Positions 60,071 through 64,000 of a DNA stretch of 64,000 nt are shown here, in pieces; position 1 is the stretch's first letter; each line of letters starts with the position of its first letter. Origin of the DNA: Candidatus Kaiserbacteria bacterium (GTDB lineage Bacteria; Patescibacteriota; Minisyncoccia; Phycocordibacterales; UBA918). The translations under genes were made by a program, and so were the position numbers. The notes under the pieces were generated by a model, which worked only from the letters and a program-made list of their open reading frames with translations, was not told the DNA's origin and searched no databases. The stretch is from NCBI GenBank assembly GCA_031423775.1, contig JANPGF010000011.1, positions 31,502 to 95,501 of the forward strand, written 5' to 3'.

Positions 60071-60265
60071 ACAAGAAAAAAGACCCGTTATGGGTCTTTT
60101 TTCTTGCCCGCCTAGCGACTAATTCAAATTCGGACATTTTAGTTTTGAACGAACTACTGCGTTCCTTAATCTGCTCCCCAGTCTGTCAGCATTTTGTGAA
60201 TGAGTTGCTTTTTAATTGCAAAAGAGCATAATCACCATATGCATCAAACAACTATTATATACTCC

Positions 60266-60925
60266 ATGGCAGCTACTCATGCCAGTGTGTGGAATCAACT
60301 TATGTTTACCCTCAGTCTGCTATTGAGTAATCTAGTTTCCTTCGTAGAGGTTTTTGGTACAGTGCTGTCTGTGTTAATTGCAGTTGTTTTATATATATTA
60401 AAAATAAGAAAAGACCATAGAGACGCTGCCATGATTCTTTTGATGGAAATAAGAAATGCAGAAAAAGAAATTGAGGAAATAAAAAAAGCGAGTGTCATCG
60501 TTGAAACAACCTCCGTAATGCCAATCAATAGTTGGAGAAAGTTCCAGCATTACTTTGTTTCAAAATTAGACAATGACGATTTAATTTTATTGAATAATTT
60601 TTATAATACCTGCTCTTTGATTGACGAAGAAGTTAATAGGCTAAAAAATCTTTGGCCGATTGCAAACGAAGAGAAGATAAAAATTTCCCAGCAGGTTTTT
60701 GGTGATCTAGCAGTAGAATTTTTTGAAAAGACAGATAATTTTACTGAAGGCAGTGAATATTTAATTAAGAGAGAAAAGATTCTCAAAATCTTGAACAATG
60801 AAACTAATGGATTTATACCTGATTTACCAACTAATAGAATAAAGCAGTATTTACCCAAGATATCTAACGTCACAACCACAACGTGTGGGGATAAAATAAA
60901 AAGAATCGCCGCACGTTGGTTCTGA
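60266..60925 (+). CDS. AT-rich membrane-anchored hypothetical protein
   Basis: N-terminal TM; start uncertain. Confidence 0.65.
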   Translation: MAATHASVWNQLMFTLSLLLSNLVSFVEVFGTVLSVLIAVVLYILKIRKDHRDAAMILLMEIRNAEKEIEEIKKASVIVETTSVMPINSWRKFQHYFVSKLDNDDLILLNNFYNTCSLIDEEVNRLKNLWPIANEEKIKISQQVFGDLAVEFFEKTDNFTEGSEYLIKREKILKILNNETNGFIPDLPTNRIKQYLPKISNVTTTTCGDKIKRIAARWF

Positions 60926-61038
60926 GTCTTTGTGGTTAATGGGGGTTCATCCGTTATTTATTTAAAACTTATGGTCTAGTGCTGCAAACAAAACGTCCCA
61001 CAGTTGCCGGTGGGGCGTTTCTGTGGGGCGCGACTGAT

Positions 61039-61455
61039 TTAGAAGGGGAATTTGTCTTCTGGGTCAGTGTCATCATCAGGGTATGGATCGTCGTCTAGCA
61101 GGGCAGTATTTTCTGCTTTCACTTCTATGTAGGATTCTGCCGCATAGATTGTTTCGCCGTTCAATGCTACTTTCGCGACTAGTCTTGAAGAAACTACCAT
61201 TGTGACAGCAACCCCGATGCTGCTTTCTTGGCGAAGTTCTGCTTCCATTGCATCGAGTTCATCGTACGGACAGTCTCGTTCATTTACGTGTTCGACTTCT
61301 ACCATTAGTCTCCGTGCATGACGACTTTTACCAATTTGGTATACTCTCCGTTCGTAGCGTTCACCTGTGCCGATATAACAGCGGCACCGGCTACACAGAT
61401 ACGTACTGTGACTTTTCCCACGAAAGACGTGGGTACTAGTTTCTGGCATCCACAT
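61039..61455 (-). CDS. Hypothetical protein with CxxC motif and acidic ...DKFPF tail
   Basis: SD AGAGGAG; CSRC..I..GE.Y..H...C. Confidence 0.65.
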   Translation of the reverse strand: MWMPETSTHVFRGKSHSTYLCSRCRCYIGTGERYERRVYQIGKSRHARRLMVEVEHVNERDCPYDELDAMEAELRQESSIGVAVTMVVSSRLVAKVALNGETIYAAESYIEVKAENTALLDDDPYPDDDTDPEDKFPF

Positions 61456-61542
61456 GACCCACTCCTCTTTGGTTGCTGTGCTTTTCTTTGCAAAATATAT
61501 AGTTTATTAAGGTAAAGTCAACGTTGTATGAGATGTAACAGC

Positions 61543-61615
61543 AAAACCCTAAAACTACGTTGTGGGTTTGGGGGTTACGGTGCAGAAAACGTAGTACTGG
61601 GGTATAAAAACACTG
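61543..61615. repeat. G-rich direct repeat, copy 1
   Basis: AAAACCCTAAAACT..TGGGTTTGGGGGTTACGG..AAAACGTAG..GGTATAAAAACACTG. Confidence 0.85.
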
Positions 61616-61683
61616 TTTAATAAATAAAAACGCCACCTTCGAAGATTGGCCTGGGTGGCGTTTCTTCGTTTGGTGGCGGGTGT

Positions 61684-62046
61684 TCAGAATGGGATTTCTC
61701 CGGCATCGTAGCCGCTGAAGCCGGTTGCGGTAGTGAGCGGTTCAGGGGTGAGTGCCAACCTCGTCTCGGACTCGGTGGGTGCTTGTGTCGGGCCGGTTTT
61801 CTTCCCAAGTGCTTCATTGAGCGCGTACAGGTACTTGACCCGGATGGTGATGACTGTCTCTTAGCCGTTCTTATCGAATTGGGCAAGGAATTGGTCACCG
61901 ATTTTCTTGGTCCAAGCCGTTGTTTGCAGTACCGGGGCCGCATACTGAAGCAGGTCGTGCCCCGGTTTAAGTTGGTGTAATTCATTCGTGGCACTTTCTA
62001 TGAGTTCGAAAAGTGCATCGATATCGCTTGCCGGAATCACAGGCAT
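61684..62046 (-). pseudogene. Hypothetical protein with in-frame TAA (61861-61863), ending ...YDAGEIPF
   Basis: SD GGAAGG; same frame stays open 58 codons past the stop to TGA at 61684. Confidence 0.65.
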
Positions 62047-62134
62047 TCTTTATATCCTTCCAATGATGGCGATAGGGCAACTTTATAGTAAAGCCGCATT
62101 CTGTCAATATTGTAGGATAAACTAATAAAATAAT

Positions 62135-62206
62135 AACCTTAAAAACTGTGGGGTGGGTTTGGGGGTTACGGGACGGAAAACGTAGCTCTGGGGTATAAAA
62201 ACACTG
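62135..62206. repeat. G-rich direct repeat, copy 2
   Basis: AACCTTAAAAACTGTGGGGTGGGTTTGGGGGTTACGGGACGGAAAACGTAGCTCTGGGGTATAAAAACACTG. Confidence 0.85.
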
Positions 62207-62233
62207 CCGTCCGTTTCTGGGGCGGCAGTGTTT

Positions 62234-62488
62234 TTAATAGAGTTCGCTGTGGGTGCCGATTCGGAGGAAGGAGATTGCATTTTTATTACGGAGGAATTGG
62301 GCTCGGTAGTCGCCGGTTATGTTGATAGTTTCGATTGGGTAGTCTGCACCAGTGAGGGTATGGAGGTGGAGGAGGGGATGGTTTGGTGTTTCGATAAATA
62401 GGTGGAGACGTTCATCAAATTTAGCCTGAATTTTTTGCGGGAGTTTTTTATACTGCTTTTTAAACTCCTTTCGAAATTCTATTTCCAT
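62234..62488 (-). CDS. RelE/YafQ-family mRNA interferase toxin
   Basis: F.K.YKKL, P.L..H.L.G, INITGDYRA, IGTHSELY. Confidence 0.88.
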   Translation of the reverse strand: MEIEFRKEFKKQYKKLPQKIQAKFDERLHLFIETPNHPLLHLHTLTGADYPIETINITGDYRAQFLRNKNAISFLRIGTHSELY

Positions 62489-62502
62489 ACCAGTATTCGG
62501 TA

Positions 62503-62775
62503 TTACTTATGTAGCCAGTCAATCGCGTCAATCGCAGTGGCAAAGCGAGGCGAAATGCTTTTTCCGGCGCGGACTTCTTTAATCGCTTGATTCAGTTCTT
62601 TAATAACTGATGGTCGAAGTTCTGGTTCACGCGTCACTTTAAATTCACCAGATTCAATAAATGACTTTAGCTGGGCGTTTACCACAGTAGAGAGAGGAAT
62701 ACCTAAATGCTTAGCCAGAGCCTGAGCTCGGTCTTTGATATCTTTGTCAGTTTTAACGTTCAAGACAGTTTTCAT
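62503..62775 (-). CDS. RelB/DinJ-family antitoxin
   Basis: LNVKTD..IK..A..LA..LGIPLS..V RHH; upstream of toxin. Confidence 0.85.
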   Translation of the reverse strand: MKTVLNVKTDKDIKDRAQALAKHLGIPLSTVVNAQLKSFIESGEFKVTREPELRPSVIKELNQAIKEVRAGKSISPRFATAIDAIDWLHK

Positions 62776-62835
62776 AATATAACTATTGTATACACAACAG
62801 TTAATTTGTCAACAAATAAAAATGTGCACAGAAAC

Positions 62836-62908
62836 AAAACCCTAAAAACTGTGGGGTGGGTTTGGGGATTACGGGACAGAAACGTAGTGCTCCGGTATAA
62901 AAACACTG
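62836..62908. repeat. G-rich direct repeat, copy 3
   Basis: AAAACCCTAAAAACTGTGGGGTGGGTTTGGGGATTACGGGACAGAAACGTAGTGCTCCGGTATAAAAACACTG. Confidence 0.85.
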
Positions 62909-62956
62909 CCGTCCCGAGGTTCGGGACGGCAGTGCATTTGGTGGAGTGCCACACAT

Positions 62957-63580
62957 TTAGTATTCTGACGGACAACTGGTCGTCGCTCCGATTGATTGTT
63001 TGCTTCGGATTGAGACGCCGGTTCCGTCAATACATTGGTAGAGTTTCCAGTTTGGCAGATACATTTCGACGGCGTAGCTGGTTTTTGAGTCGTGACAGTT
63101 TAAGACCGGAATATTTGGTGTGTCCTCGCGGTGAATGAATAATTTAAGAATTGGTCCAAAGCACTTATTTTTATCTTTCCACAACAGGTCATTGGCAGAC
63201 AGAGTGGTGTTCGCAAGCGCGCTCGAGTCACAGAACGATTCGTATGAATTACCAGTGCGCTGAAAGTAATCCTTGGCCACTGTTTGTAATTGCTGTACTT
63301 TTGCCGCTAAACTCCCGTCGAGCCCGATGTTACGAGCATCAGACAGTGAAGCCAGGAGTATGAAAAATATGAGTGGCGTGAGAAATAAGAGAAACCAAAC
63401 GAATCGAGAAAGAGTAGTGGTGAGTGTGACGGTTATGGAAAGGTAATACGAGATACCAATCGATACAATGAGGATGAGCGGCAAGAGTATTTCGGCGTGA
63501 CAAAGGTAAAAGAGTCGGGTAATTAAAATGACTATAACAGTGGTCGGTGGTAAGAAAAATAAGGTTCGAAGTAATCTCAT
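62957..63580 (-). CDS. Membrane protein with pilin-like C-terminal domain
   Basis: 3 TMs then LASLSDAR..G.D helix and ...YQCIDGTG...C. Confidence 0.55.
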   Translation of the reverse strand: MRLLRTLFFLPPTTVIVILITRLFYLCHAEILLPLILIVSIGISYYLSITVTLTTTLSRFVWFLLFLTPLIFFILLASLSDARNIGLDGSLAAKVQQLQTVAKDYFQRTGNSYESFCDSSALANTTLSANDLLWKDKNKCFGPILKLFIHREDTPNIPVLNCHDSKTSYAVEMYLPNWKLYQCIDGTGVSIRSKQSIGATTSCPSEY

Positions 63581-63730
63581 TGATAAATTATAGCATCGGA
63601 GAAATTGAGACAGGAACTTTTTAATCTGAACAGGTCTTGCCTGTTCAAAAATATTATTAATGGGGGATAAAAATACTGCCTCCCAGATGACTGGGTGGCA
63701 GTTTCGTGTGGTGTGAAGTTAGAACAGTGG

Positions 63731-63919
63731 CTAGTTCATAATGCACAGTGTTGCGATCTGGATGACCGCTAGGGCGATGAAGATCCAGCCGATATTCTTG
63801 TCACGAGCGGTAGGGATATATTCTGCCGTAAGCGTGCTGTATGGCCAGTTACGTTTTCCGTCCAAAAGTGTACTTATGCCCAACAAAATACAGCCGAGCG
63901 CTCCTAATAGTAAAGCCAT
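63731..63919 (-). CDS. Small two-TM membrane protein
   Basis: SD GAGGAGG before ATG 63919. Confidence 0.55.
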   Translation of the reverse strand: MALLLGALGCILLGISTLLDGKRNWPYSTLTAEYIPTARDKNIGWIFIALAVIQIATLCIMN

Positions 63920-64000
63920 GTCGTCCTCCTCTCTTATACTCAAGAACAAACGTTTTTGTATGGTTCGCATACTAACGTAATCAAAATAAGAAAGCAAATG

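Noticed and set aside
15373-61863. Stop-codon reassignment (TAA read-through, or TGA=Gly code 25)
   Set aside because: Core genes end normally in TAA (rpsL, rpsG, clpP) and TGA (comEC); no long ORF needs recoding
61617-61994. 125-aa ORF in the track
   Set aside because: Runs through the terminator and lacks an SD; the SD-led frame 62046-61684 with one internal stop explains the region better
61543-62908. CRISPR array or classical integron attC
   Set aside because: Repeats are ~72 bp and 590-700 bp apart with genes between; no cas or intI genes; no RYYYAAC/GTTRRRY-bounded stem recognised

Overview
A 64-kb stretch of a small-genome bacterial chromosome. Gene content and style point to Patescibacteria/CPR, probably Parcubacteria; this is an inference from the type IV pilus and ComEC cluster, many apparently leaderless genes and tRNA-linked HTH-LAGLIDADG-like ORFs. 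Housekeeping genes: xth, cca, corA, ECF sigma, hup, rny, clpP, tig, ppaC, nusA, pilB/pilC/prepilins, tpiA, pgk, recJ, comEC, sod, rpmB, rpsL, rpsG. Four tRNAs: Arg-TCG, Gly-GCC, Pro-TGG, Gly-TCC. Main non-routine signals: (1) about 200-bp elements behind tRNA genes that combine a shared scaffold with arms matching each cognate tRNA 3' half, with endonuclease-like ORFs directly upstream of three tRNAs; (2) a cassette-like array after rpsG, where about 72-bp G-rich direct repeats separate self-contained genes, including a RelBE-type toxin-antitoxin pair and two proteins ending in SSB-like acidic-PF tails; (3) about 12 parS-like palindromes in and around yraN; (4) a roughly 420-nt structured ncRNA candidate and a 6S-like RNA candidate; (5) families of modular, nested palindromic intergenic elements; (6) mini-ORFs missing from the ORF track: an ArfA-like gene with an internal terminator and an MHGHGHGH peptide. 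All calls come from reading motifs by eye; no database search or folding program was run.
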